From assembly GCF_006345805.1 (NCBI RefSeq), contig NC_042997.1, positions 156,736,001-156,800,000 of the forward strand: 64,000 nucleotides of DNA. Reading direction: 5' to 3'. Of this stretch, positions 38,486-50,445 are shown in pieces. The DNA is from Octopus sinensis (Eukaryota). The first letter of the stretch is position 1, and each line of letters begins with the position of its first letter. A model generated the notes under the pieces. That model had not been told where the DNA came from. It did not search any database and saw nothing but the letters and a program-made list of their open reading frames with translations. Both the position numbers and the translations under genes were made by a program.

Positions 38486-38844
38486 ATATATATACACACA
38501 CACACACATATAAAGATATATACATATATATATATATATACACATATATACATATATATATATGATGGGTCTCTTTCAGTTTGTCTGCCAAATCCACTCA
38601 CAAAGTTTTAACTGACCTAAGAATGAATAGTATACCCTGTACCATGAATCCTGACTGGTTGTAATTGGCTGTTCAGCCATGTTGAAGGTCATCATCAAGG
38701 CAATGTGGTTGTTATTTCTGGCAGGCTGGGTAACCACAGAGAGGCTCCTTCATTAACTTATGTTGTTAACATCTATGATGAAGGCATGAAAATAGTAACT
38801 CACATTTCTGTAAACATTATATGAAGAATTTAGATGATACAAAC

Positions 38845-39075
38845 CTTCTCCTAGACATCGTCGAATACGCAGTTCAAAATGTATCATAAGTTCTCTGGAT
38901 TCAAAAGACATAAGAATCACCGATTTCTGGCAAATAATGGCCATGACATTGTCTTCCTTCTCATAAGTGAACCCAGATTCAATGCCATAGAAACCTTCGA
39001 GAGGAAATGTGTTTTTTGCATTGCCGTCTTTGAGAGCATCTTTGCAGTCTTTGTACAGGTATACCTGCAAACGGT
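38845..39075 (-). CDS. DOK7: DOK7-like adaptor, PH-domain exon (first exon found; 231 nt, phase 1-1)
   Basis: Acceptor ttcag|AC at 39076/39075; donor G|gtttgt at 38845/38844. Translation (D)RLQVYLYKDCKDALKDGNAKNTFPLEGFYGIESGFTYEKEDNVMAIICQKSVILMSFESRELMIHFELRIRRCLGE aligns from memory with the vertebrate DOK7 PH segment DCLLMLVYKDK...LEDICGLEPGLPYEG...LAIVCLSQAIMLGFDSHEAMCAWDARIRYALGE. Confidence 0.9.
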
Positions 39076-39669
39076 CTGAAAAAGAGAAAAAAAAAAAAGA
39101 GAAATAGATATGATTTTCATTGGACTTGTTTCTACAGGAATTTAACTAAAACAAAACTGGGAATATATTGAGAGAGAGAATCCTTTGTCATTCTGTTCTC
39201 TCTCCCTCTGTACATATATGTGTGTGTGTGTGTGCATGCAAGCACATATCATTATTTTAATGTTCACTTGTATGAGTCAAATGGAATTTGTTGAGGCAGA
39301 TTTTCTACAGCTGGATGCCCTTCATGTCGCCAACCCTCAGTCGTTTTCAAGCAAGGGAATATTTCTCACTGGCTGGGAATATTTTCATGGAAGAAAGGTT
39401 GGGAATGTACGACACTGCTAGCATGATGGTGATACATCTCCAACTATTACATTATATGTATATGTGTGTGTATATATATAAATCCCAAAAAAGAAGAACA
39501 AACATAAAACAACAGCGCAAGGATGTGGTACATGTAAAGTATTAGCAGACGCTCAGGGAAGGAAAGAAAGATGGTTTTACATTTCAAGCAACGCTCTTCT
39601 TCAGAGGAAAGTCCAATAGAAAGGAAGACGGAGGAAGAAAATCACCAACGATTCACATGTGATTACATT

Positions 39670-39706
<37 letters not shown>

Positions 39707-39879
39707 TATGCACACATACATACAATGGGCTTCTATCAGTTTTTGCTTACCAAATCTGTTCACAGGGCTTTGGTCAGTCTGAGGCTATAGCAGAAGACAA
39801 GAGGACAGCTACCATGCAGTGGGACTGAATCTAAAAGCATATGTGACTGGGAAGCAAACTCCTTAACCATACACCCATG

Positions 39880-39910
<31 letters not shown>

Positions 39911-40072
39911 ATCAAAAAAGGGGGTCGAATTAATTAATTATTAATAAATTCGACCAAGCAGTATTCGGTATGTAAAGACCATTTACGGTATATTTGAAGT
40001 ATTAATTTATAAATTTAACGTTCGGTGTGTGGTAAAGTGAATTCTTTTACTTTACCATATTTTTATAAATAT

Positions 40073-40145
<73 letters not shown>

Positions 40146-40146
<1 letters not shown>

Positions 40147-40378
40147 GTGGCTTAGTGGTTAGGGTGTCAGCATTATGATCGTAAGATTGTGGTTTCGATT
40201 CCTGGACCGGGCGACGTGTTGTGTTCTTGAGCAAAACACTTCATTTCACGTTGCTCCAGTCCACTCAGCTGGCAAAAATGAGTAACGCTGCGATGAACTG
40301 GCGTCTTGTCCAGCTGGGGAACACAAACGCCATAGAAACCGGGCCCGTGAGCCTGGCTAGGCTTTAAAAAGGGCACAT
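40146..40378 (+). mobile_element. tRNA/CORE-like SINE, family C (variant a)
   Basis: A-box-like tggcttagtggttagg, B-box-like ggtttcgattcc, CORE-like ttcttgagcaaaacacttca; paralogue at 51880-52178. Confidence 0.85.
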
Positions 40379-40382
40379 TTAT

Positions 40383-40427
<45 letters not shown>

Positions 40428-42304
40428 ATGTAAGATCCAAGGATCAAGGTGTAAGAAGAAAGTGAGCTTCAAGCAATCTGTAGAAAATATAAAAAACAAC
40501 TTTCAGGAACAATACTGGTTTATTAGAGTGGAAGGTTGTGAATTTCCCCCATATCTCCATTCCTTAGCTTATGTATATATATATGAGTGGAGAAATGAAA
40601 GAAAAAGGCACTCAACACATTTAGTAGGAGTTACATATATCACAATTTAAAACAGTTGGATTTGGGCTCTATGTGTAAAGTTTTGCAGGCTTCTTAAAGA
40701 AATCCAGCTTGTTCAGGTTCAGATTACTGGTAATCTGATGCCCTTCCTATTGGAAAGCTTCGTCTGTTTTCTATCAAGGTAATATTTCCTCAGGCTGGAC
40801 ATTTTTTTCATGGAAGAGAGGAAATGAATGTCATCAGTTGTATGATGGTGAACTAGTTTTCAACCGTCGTGCAATATCGAGACAAGGATACACACACACA
40901 TGCACACACAAGGCTTTAGTTGGCCTAAGACTAGAGTAGAAGGCACTTGCCTAAGGTGCAACATAGTGGGACCGAACCCAAAATCATATGGATGGAAAAC
41001 AAGCTTTTTACCTACATAACCATGCCTTGAACCTGATAAAAATAGTTAAATGTACTCTTAGTTCAGCCCTGGATATAACATGGTAAAAACAGAAAACAGA
41101 TGGGATGGTCACATTTAGAATGTGTATTAGAAATACAGTAGCAGAACTGGAACGATGATTCAGTTGATCTCATCTGATCATTTAGCCAATTTCCTATGAC
41201 TTATACATTTACTACAACAACAACAACACAAGCTGATATGTGTACTCGACATGCTAGAAACAGCAGCAAACCATTTTCTCAAATCACAACCTACTATCTT
41301 AACCTTATTGATACCAACCTGTGTGAGACTGTCTCTAGTTCCATAATGTAAAATCTCTAATTTTAAAATCTTCCAATATAATTTGGGTTTAGAACATATT
41401 TTTGTTATGTTCCGGCCCACAAACTTTAATAATGGAAAACAAAACTAGTTATTTCACTTAATCCCAGCAAATTTTGCATTACTTTCAAAATTAATTAGAA
41501 CATACAGGCAGTATATTTCATTTGAAATATGATCTTGAAAGGTTTAAATAAGGAAATGTATTTAGTTCTAGTTACACTATGTCTGCATAACAAGACAAGA
41601 TGATCACATGTAGAATACCTTTGATTATATGATTATAGGGCTGCTTGCCAGGTTTCACTTAAGATTTAATAGATAATGGAACTGAAGGTAATGTTGTCCT
41701 TCTGGGAGGATATTAAGCTATGAGACAAAGATACAAAAAAAAAAAAAAAAAAAGCAGCAATAAAGAAGGAATTATGTGGTAACAAAACCTAAAAAAAAAT
41801 TATGAGGCAATGAAAAAAGATAACTTAAGCATCAGATCAGTATTTTTTTTTATCTCCCATTCCATCTACTTTGCTCCAGATTTTTGCAGTTATGTGTTTT
41901 TTTTTAATATAGTAACAGAAAAGAAAATCTCCCATTTGTTTTGCCACCAAGTCAACATTGCTTTAGCAGCTTAGCATCTGTGGCAAATTAACTGAAATGA
42001 AGAAAAGGGTTAATCAAGAGAACAGTTAATCCAGAGCAAATCTAGAGAAACTGAGAACAGTTAATTCAGGGTTGAATTCTTAATATAAATTTAAATACTT
42101 TTTACCCCTTGAAACAGCTGCAAATTTTATAGAATATGTGCATATAGTAGTATCGGTAGAGTTTGTATCCTGTATTTCTATGACTGCATGTCGAATGCTA
42201 TATACTAAATAAGTGACTTATCCCTTATCTGAATGGATTTAATTCTTAAAATATCTGAGATTGATTTTCATTCATTTATTTAAAAAAAAAATTTTTTTGT
42301 AACT

Positions 42305-42665
42305 TTTACTTGTTTCAGTCACTAGACTGTGACCATGCTGGAGCACTGCTTTGAAGGATTTAGTTACACAAATTAACCCCAGTATTTATTCCATCAGTCT
42401 CTTTTGCCAAACTGCTAAGTTACAGAGATGTAAACAAACCAACACCAGTTGTCAAGCAGCAGAGTTGGGGATAGATACAGACATACTACACATACACACA
42501 TGATGGGCATCCGCACAGTTTCCATTTACCAAATTCATTCACAAGGTATTAGGTGGTCCAGAGCTATAGTAGAAGACACTTTCCCAAGGCGCCACACTGT
42601 GGGACTGACCCCAAGACCATGTGGTTGCAAAGTGAGTTTTGTAACCACACAGCCACGCCTATGCC
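42305..42665 (-). mobile_element. SINE-B
   Basis: Co-linear with the other B copies. Confidence 0.75.
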
Positions 42666-42988
42666 TGTACACACACACACACACACACACACACATATTC
42701 CCTTTTAATGCAAGCAATACAGAAATAATTTTGAAAATAGAGTATTAGCATGAATTGCAAAAGTGTACTTTTAGAATACAATACCCTTTCTGCTGCTAAC
42801 TATATCAGAAAATGGCAAGCCAATGAAATGGCTTTTTATGTGGTTGATTACCCTGCTACAAACAACAGCCAAATTCCCATCATCTCACAACCTATTGCCT
42901 TTAAAGAGGAGTATGATACTGGATAATGTAGTTCTGGAAGAAATATTAGATGATCACAACTATAATTCCTTTAATCATACATATATAT

Positions 42989-43065
42989 TAGTGGTTCTCA
43001 GCCATTTTTCTACCTATAGACCCCTTTGATTCCTATTTCACCCAGGTGGACCCTCAAGAGTTAAT
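42989..43065 (+). mobile_element. Possible hAT/Charlie-type end fragment; similar start at 44493
   Basis: tagtggttctcagcc and cagaggttctcaacc resemble the CAGTGGTTCTCAAC TIR start of Charlie-type elements. The partner TIR was not found. Confidence 0.3.
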
Positions 43066-45357
43066 ATACTGTAAGTGAAAAGAAACACCTAATTTTAGAG
43101 CACCTTAATTATAACTGCTTTCTGTTGGGTTTCCAACAATCACATCACTGAAATTTCAAAGCTACAAGAAAATGCGTGATTAATTCAAAACCATGAGAAT
43201 AAATAAGCATTGCATTTGACGGAGTAATACGGAATGCTAAAAGATTAAACTGGTACTTTGAATGTAAATTTATATGACGTTTTGTCAGAAGGTTTTAATT
43301 CGGATCACTTTAAAAACAGGAAGTTTGTATCATAGAACCAGGACTTCAGGCAGGTTGACATTCAAAGGATAAAACTCAAAATTTCCAGTGCTTTTTTTGG
43401 TTAAAATCTTTAATAACCTTTTCATGTTTATATTTCACATTTTTCCAGTTCACTCAGCTGAGTTGTGATGTCACTGGTGCCAAGCTGTATCAGCCTTTAC
43501 CTTTCCTTTGGATAACATTGGTGACATGCAAAGGGGAGGCTGGTATGTATAGGGGACTGCTGGCCTTCCATAAACAACCTTTCTAGGTGCAATCCCATGG
43601 TGATATATGACCAAAGGGAATCTTTACCCTTTTACCTTGTTTATACATTTTAATTACAAAAATAATCAATTTAGAGTTATTTAGAGAAACAACTTCAGTT
43701 GAACATAGCAAGAAATGGAAAATTTTAATTTCAATCCATAATACTTTAAGATAAAAGTTTTGTATCATAGATGCACAAGCAGTCTAGCAGTTTGCAATCT
43801 AAAGAATTAAGTTATGTTCTAAATGACACAATTAATTATAAATATTTTATTAGTGCCCATTCCCAGCAAAATTGCTAATTATTTTCAAAATTGAAACACA
43901 AAACTATGTATTTCATTAGAAATATGGACATGAAAGGGTTGATAATTAAAACTACTGACAATGAAATAATGGATGTTTCAGTTATGAAGAGAATGGAAAA
44001 AAATTTCTAACCATTTTTTTTAATTATTATAATGCATCACTAGAAAACCAGAAGAACTACTATGAACTGAAATAGCAGTTACACACATACAGAGAGAGGG
44101 AGGGAGAGAGAGAGAGAGAAGGGAGGGTGGTGGTGGTGGTGGTGTTAATAATACTTTTGGAGATTCCTTTCACAATTGTGGTTTTCCATATTACAATAGG
44201 GTGGATGGTTCTGAGGACTCGAATCCTTTGTTGAAGTCATTGAATCATATGTTAACAGCAGAGTTGGATAAATTTGTTTGCCAAGAGAAGTGTAAAAGTG
44301 GTAACAAATTGGCCAGAGTCATTAGGAGAGTAGAATGAAAAAAAAAAAAAAATGGCTTGCAAGCATTTGTTGCAACAACGTTTGTTCTGCATTCTGAATC
44401 CAAATCCTGTCAAGGACAACTTTACCTTTCATCTTTTCTCAGTTAATAAAACAAAGTATAGTCCAGGTAGTAGATTGGTGATACTGTTAGAGCAGAGGTT
44501 CTCAACCTTATTTTGCTATCTTATCATCTGTGGACCCCATATATGCACATGTAAATTTTTGAAATAAAATCTTTGTTTGTAGGTTAGTAAAAACTAACAA
44601 TGAAACAATTTTGTTATATTCATAGCCTGTTTGGTTTCTATAGCTGGATGCTCTTCCTAACGCCAACCACTTTACAGAGTGTACTGGGTGCTTTTTACGT
44701 GGCACCAGCACCAGTGCTTTTTATGTGGCACCAGTAACACATGTATGTGTGTGCATGCATGCATAGCTATGTGATTGAGTAGTTCACTATGCAACAATGT
44801 GGTTCTGAGTTCAATCTCACTATGCTTACTTTGTGGAAGTCTACCATATCCTCAGACTGACCACAATCTTGTGAATGAAATTTGATGGATAGAAACCTTG
44901 AAGAAGACCATGAAAGGGACCACTTCTTGAGTGGTAGACAATCTGCCATTTAGCCTCACACACCAAGCTAGCCCTTGGGTGCCTTTAGTGTTGGTGATGG
45001 TGGGTCTACTCTGTTGCAAGCATTCAAGCCGGTTCTCCGGTCAGAGGATAACTTCCTTCCATCTTCTGATTAGCCATGTCCCTTTATTTTTATTATTAAG
45101 GTGACAGAGATGCTGTCATTGGAAGGGTTTCAATATTTAGTTTTGTTGTACAGAGTTGCCAGAGTTAACGTTGTCTTTCATCCAGTCGGGATCAATCAAA
45201 ATAAATATCAGTCATGTATTGGGCTGACTCATTTGACTATACTTTCCCTTTTATGCAAAATGGAAGAAATAATCAACAAAGTGGTAGAAAACCTGGCATC
45301 AATAACACATTTCTAAGAGGGAAATAATTTAAACCATTCTTTATCAATAATACCAAA

Positions 45358-45621
45358 GGGCGGTGAGCTGTCAGAAACATTAGCACGCCAGGCGAAATGC
45401 TTAGCGATATTTCGTCTGTCTTTACATTCTGAGTTCAAATTCTACTGAGGTGGACTTTGGTTTCATCCTTTCAGAGTCGATAAATTAAGTACCAGTTGCA
45501 TACTGAGGTTGATCTAATCGACTAGCTTCTCCCCCAAAATTTTGGGCCTTGTGCCTAGAGTAGAAAAGAATCGTTAGCACACCGGGTGAAATGCTTAGCA
45601 GTATTAAAGAATAAAGAAATA
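45358..45621 (+). mobile_element. SINE-A composite flanked by a 12-bp TSD
   Basis: aataataccaaa at 45346-45357 and 45622-45633. Confidence 0.85.
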
Positions 45622-46957
45622 AATAATACCAAAAGACAAAAATAAGATGCTAAAAGAAAATTTTAAGTGAGCCACCTGTCTTTAGCTAGTGCTTAGTCAA
45701 TAAAGATTACAGTTTAATTCAAATAGGATATTCACCATATATGAGAGAGAGATAGACAGATAGAAAGAGAGAGAGAGAGAGGGAGCTCTTTAAGACTTGT
45801 GCAGGGCTCTAGTTTCATGAGATTAAAGAGAAAGAAACAAATCTTGCTCTGGATAAGATACCAGACCATTAAGGTAATATTGCCAGGAGATTTGGTATAA
45901 ATTTCTGATATATAAGATAAGCTTATAATATTGCTGCACAGATACACAACAACATGTCTACAAAAAATATACATTTGAAGCCCATTGAGACTCTTTCTAT
46001 AATCAGAGAGAAGGACATTAGCTTAGAATAATGTGTGACAAAGAAATCACTTTTAATTTTCCCAAAGATAGAAATTTCAAATCACATTAGTTAAAAATAA
46101 TTCTTTTGTAATAGTTATTTTTTTTTAAAAAAAGGCAAAAAAAAAATGCAAAAGTAAGATTTGTAATTATCAAGATATCTTATAAGGAAAAAACAATTAG
46201 TTTTAAAATTAACTTTCTTTTTTTTTTTTTTAAAGTAATTACCAACTTAGAATTCTAAACCACTCAGAACATTTTTTAATTAAAGTCACAATAATTATTT
46301 AAGCAGAAATTTGTTTTTGTGAAATTCCTTCCAAGTTCTTTTAGATGAAGCCTTTTTTTTTTCTGTGTTTTTCTTTGACAAACTTACCAATATACAAATT
46401 TCAGTTCGTCAGAGTGGATTAGAGAATTCAAAAAATTCAGCACAAAGTCAAAATGTTATCTTCAAGTTAATAACATTTAAAACTCTTATCTATCTTTCAG
46501 TAACTTTTATGCATGTATATGTATATATATATATATATATCTTTAAAAACAGTCTACTTTATAAATATAACTAGATACATGGGGACCACTACACACCCAA
46601 ATCAATTATGAATCAACACTATTTCCTTCTTTCAGAATATTTTCCTTAAATTTGTTTAATGTATAACTAACACCATGATGATAACTATGACATACCATAA
46701 AAATCTATGTAACAGACAAAACAAAATAGCATTGTTTTCTCTTCTTGTCTATTGACCACATAATATACCGTCTGCTCTTTCTATTTGGTAACTTCATGCA
46801 CTCTTTCTCTTTCAGTAGCAGCACCTGCCCTTTCTGTCTCTCTTTGTATTAATATGTTCTGTTATCATACTCATTCTTTAGTTGCTTTTTTCACCTCCTC
46901 TAAATGTGCTGCCTACTCTCCTTCCCACTTTTCCATTTTTTTTTTTCTGAACACATA

Positions 46958-47173
46958 TCAATCATCATCATCATCATCGTTTAGCGTCCGTTTTCCATGC
47001 TAGCATGGGTTGGACGGTTCAACTGGGGTCTGTGAAGCCGGAAGGCTTCATCAGGCCCAGTCAGATCTGGCAGTGTTTCTATGGCTGGATGCCCTTCCTA
47101 ATGCCAACCACTCCGTGAGTGTAGTGGGTGCTTTTTACGTGCCACCCGCACAGGTGCCAGACAGAGCTGGCAA
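46958..47173 (-). mobile_element. RTE 3'UTR fragment
   Basis: (CAT)n-cgtttagcgtccg...gtgccagacagagctggcaa. Confidence 0.9.
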
Positions 47174-47192
47174 TATCAATATTTAAATATAT

Positions 47193-47407
47193 TAAGGCAG
47201 TGAGCTGGCAGAATTGTTAGCATGCCAAGCAAAAATACTTAGCAGCATTTTGTCCATTGTTATGTTCTGAGTTCAAATTCTGCTGAGGCCGACTTTGCTT
47301 TTCATCCTTTTGGGGTCTATAAGATAAGTACCAACTGAGCATAGAGGTCGATGTAATTGACTAGCACACTCACCTGAAATTGCCGGCCTTGTCCCAAAAT
47401 TTGAAAC
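47193..47407 (+). mobile_element. SINE-A with a 16-bp TSD
   Basis: caatatttaaatatat at 47177-47192 and 47408-47423. Confidence 0.88.
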
Positions 47408-47423
47408 CAATATTTAAATATAT

Positions 47424-47910
47424 CAGAATCGAAATCGATCAATGGAAATTGCAGATGTGTTACCAGTGCCGGTAGCATGTCGAAACTCTACTTGTGAAGA
47501 CCCGTTGAGGCAAGTGAGGATCAGAATGGAAATCGATCAATGGAAATTGCAGATGTGTTACCAGTGCCGGTGGCATATAAGAGAACCTTCCGTTTCGCAA
47601 CCGTTGTCAGCACCGCCCCGTTTCGTGTCCGTTGCCAGCCTCGCCTGGCCCTCGTGCCGGTGGCACATAAAAAGCACCATCCGTTCGTGGCCGTTTGCCA
47701 GCTCTGTCTGGCACCTGTGCGAGTGGCACGTAAAAAGCACCCACTACACTCACGGAGTGGTTGGCGTTAGGAAGGGCATCCAGCCGTAGAAACACTGCCA
47801 GATTTGACTGGGCCTGATGAAGCCTTCTGGCTTCACAGACCCCAGTAGAACCGTCCAACCCATGCTAGCATGGAAAACGGACGCTAAACGATGATGATGA
47901 TGATGATGAT
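47424..47910 (+). mobile_element. Young RTE 3'UTR fragment, nearly identical to 37980-38485
   Basis: The ORF-track translations of both copies (38115..38345 and 47540..47770) differ at only a few residues; (GAT)n tail. Confidence 0.9.
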
Positions 47911-48413
47911 TATGAAGTGTATGTATGTGTGTGTGTGTGAAATTACGTGTTTATACCAGATTCAATGAAGAAATAGAAACATGAATTGTGGGGCAAGTCA
48001 GATAAAACAACTGAGGAAAATTTGTTCAGTATCTCATTGTTTTGAATTCAATTTTTGCTAGAGTCAATTTTATCTTTTGTTCCTTCAGAGCCAGTATGCG
48101 TCAATAATCCAATATCCATGGCAATTCAGTCTATTGTTATTCTTCACTGTCTATGATATAACCCTGGGATGAGTCAAACCTGGCCCAACATGTAACTATA
48201 GCATTTGTCACTTACATAAGTTTCCCATAGCACATCAGTGAATTTTACTCCATTCTATTTAATCAACCAAAGAAGGAGCCTCTTTGCAATTTTTCAAACC
48301 TACTGGAAAAAGTGGTCAAAATTCCCCAAAATGACACCCTACTTTCTTAAAAAGGGAAGGACATATTAGATAATTGAAAAGAAAAAGATGGAAAGGTCAC
48401 AGCAGAAATATCT

Positions 48414-48804
48414 TTAACATTCAGATTAATCTATAAAATCTGATGCTTCTTTATTCACATTGTTCCAAATTAATCGTGAATTATTTTACAGCTACAAGAC
48501 TTCAATGATGTGATTATTTAATTTTAGAATGATATTCTTTTCTACTCTAGGCACAAGGCCCGAAACTTTTGAGGAGGGGGCCAATCGATTAGATCGATCC
48601 CAGTACACAACTGGTACTTAATTTATCGGCTCCCGAAAGGATGAAAGGCAAAGTCGACCACGGCAGAATTTGAACTCAGAATGTAAAGACAGACGAAATA
48701 CCGTTATTGTAAGGTAGGTGTGAGAGGCCAGATCTGGTCAGTTTTAATGTAAAACATGTAAAATAGTTGGGCTAGATACAGCTGGTTTAAGTGATAAAGG
48801 GTAA
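48414..48804. mobile_element. TTAA-type MITE (family P2) interrupted by a 5'-truncated SINE-A (-, ~48535-48712)
   Basis: The flanks join into the sequence seen uninterrupted at ~50250-50445, which starts TTAA-CCCTTTAGCATT; this copy ends ...AAAGGG-TAA. Confidence 0.6.
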
Positions 48805-49779
48805 AAGTTTAATGTATAATAGGCATAGGCATGGATAGGGAAAACAGTGTCTGGTTGAGAAGCTTGCTTCTCAACTATGTGGTCTCTGGTTCAGGCCTAC
48901 AGTGCAGCACTTTGAGCGTCTTTTATTATAGCTATGCAATATGCCATGCTTGAGAAGACCAGTCACGCCAAGTGAAATTGTAGTTGCAGCCAATGCTGGT
49001 ATCACATCAAAAGCACCCATTGCACTCTTGGAGTAGTTGCAATTAGGAAGGGCATCCAGCTGTAGAAACCATACCAAATCAGACTGGAACTTGGTGCTGT
49101 CCTCCAGCTTATCGGTTTTAGTCAAACCGTCTAACCCATGACAGCATGGAAAACAGACACTAAATAATAATGATGGCATTAGGAAGGGCATCCAGCTGTA
49201 GAAACTCTGCCAGATCAAGATTGGAGCCTGGTGCAGCCATCTGGTTTGCCAGCCCGCAGTCAAAATCATCCAATCCATGCTAGCATGGAAAGCGGATGTT
49301 AAACGATGATGATGATGATGATGTCAATCAAAGCCTTATGTGTGAATTTGGTGGACAGAAACAAGAAACCTGCTACATGTGTGTGGATGCTTGTCTTGAC
49401 ATCACATATTGGTTGTAAACAAGCATCACTGTCATACAAGTGGTGTTGTTTGTTTCCAGTCTTCTGCGAAAAGTTTGTCTGGCCATGGGGATACATTACC
49501 TTGCTTGGAAACAGTTAAAAGCTTCCAGCAGGAAGGACATCTGGCTATAGGAAATCTATCTCAATAACCTTCATCTAACCCATCCAAGTATGGAAAAGTG
49601 GATGTTTAAACAATGATGATGATAATATGGATATGTAATGTGTGACTGCATATATTATCTTTGTTCCAGTCATTAGGGCTGCAACCATGCTGAGGCATCA
49701 CCTTGAAGAATTCTAAGTTGAAAGAATCAACCCCAAAGTACTGGGGTATGACTACATATATGCAGCCTTACTCTTTTAC

Positions 49780-50158
49780 TTGTTTCAGTCATTTGACTGT
49801 GGCCATGCTGGAGCACAACCTTTAGTCGAACAAATCGACCCCAGGACTTATTCTTCGTAAGCCTAGTACTTATTCTATCGGTCTCTTTTGTCGAACCGCT
49901 AAGTTATGGGAACGTAAACACACCAGCATTGGTTGCCAAGCGATGTTGGGGAGACAAACACAGACACACAAACACACATATATATATATACATATATATG
50001 ACGGGCTTCTTCCAGTTTCCATCTACCAAATCCACTCATAATGCTTTGGTCGGCCCGAGGCTATAGTAGAAAACACTTGGCCAAGGTGCCACGCAGTGGA
50101 ACTGAACCCAGAACCATGTGGTTGGTAAGCAAGCTACTTACCACACAGCCACTCCTGT
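49780..50158 (-). mobile_element. SINE-B, near-consensus full copy
   Basis: Reverse complement: ggagtggctgtgtggtaagtagcttgc...ggttcagttccactgcgtggcaccttggccaagtg...gactgaaacaagtaaaag. Confidence 0.88.
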
Positions 50159-50249
50159 GCCTTTACTTTACATACTTCCTCTCTACTCTCTTTCCCACTT
50201 CATGTCATGGAGTCCTATTCAACTTTCTCCAGTCCCACTGACCTCCACT

Positions 50250-50445
50250 TTAACCCTTTAGCATTCAGATTTCTGTCATTCATGTTAATTTGAATTACTC
50301 ATGCATTATCTTGTAGCTTTGAGATTACAATGACATGATTGTTTATTTCTAGAATAATATTGTAGGGTAAGTATGAGAGACCAGATCTAGCCAGTTCGAA
50401 CATAAAATGGGTAGAATATTTTGGCCGGATGTGGCCAGCTTAAAT
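50250..50445. mobile_element. TTAA-type MITE (family P2), right end eroded
   Basis: Starts TTAA-CCCTTTAGCATT; homologous to 48414-48804 and to the reverse complement of ~43150-43250. Confidence 0.55.

Noticed and set aside
38041-38597. Recurrent small ORFs (MDGSTGV..., MEIADVLPV..., MLAWVG...; also 33178, 47442-47858, 58495, 62329)
   Set aside because: Translations of the non-coding RTE 3'UTR; they recur because the repeat recurs.
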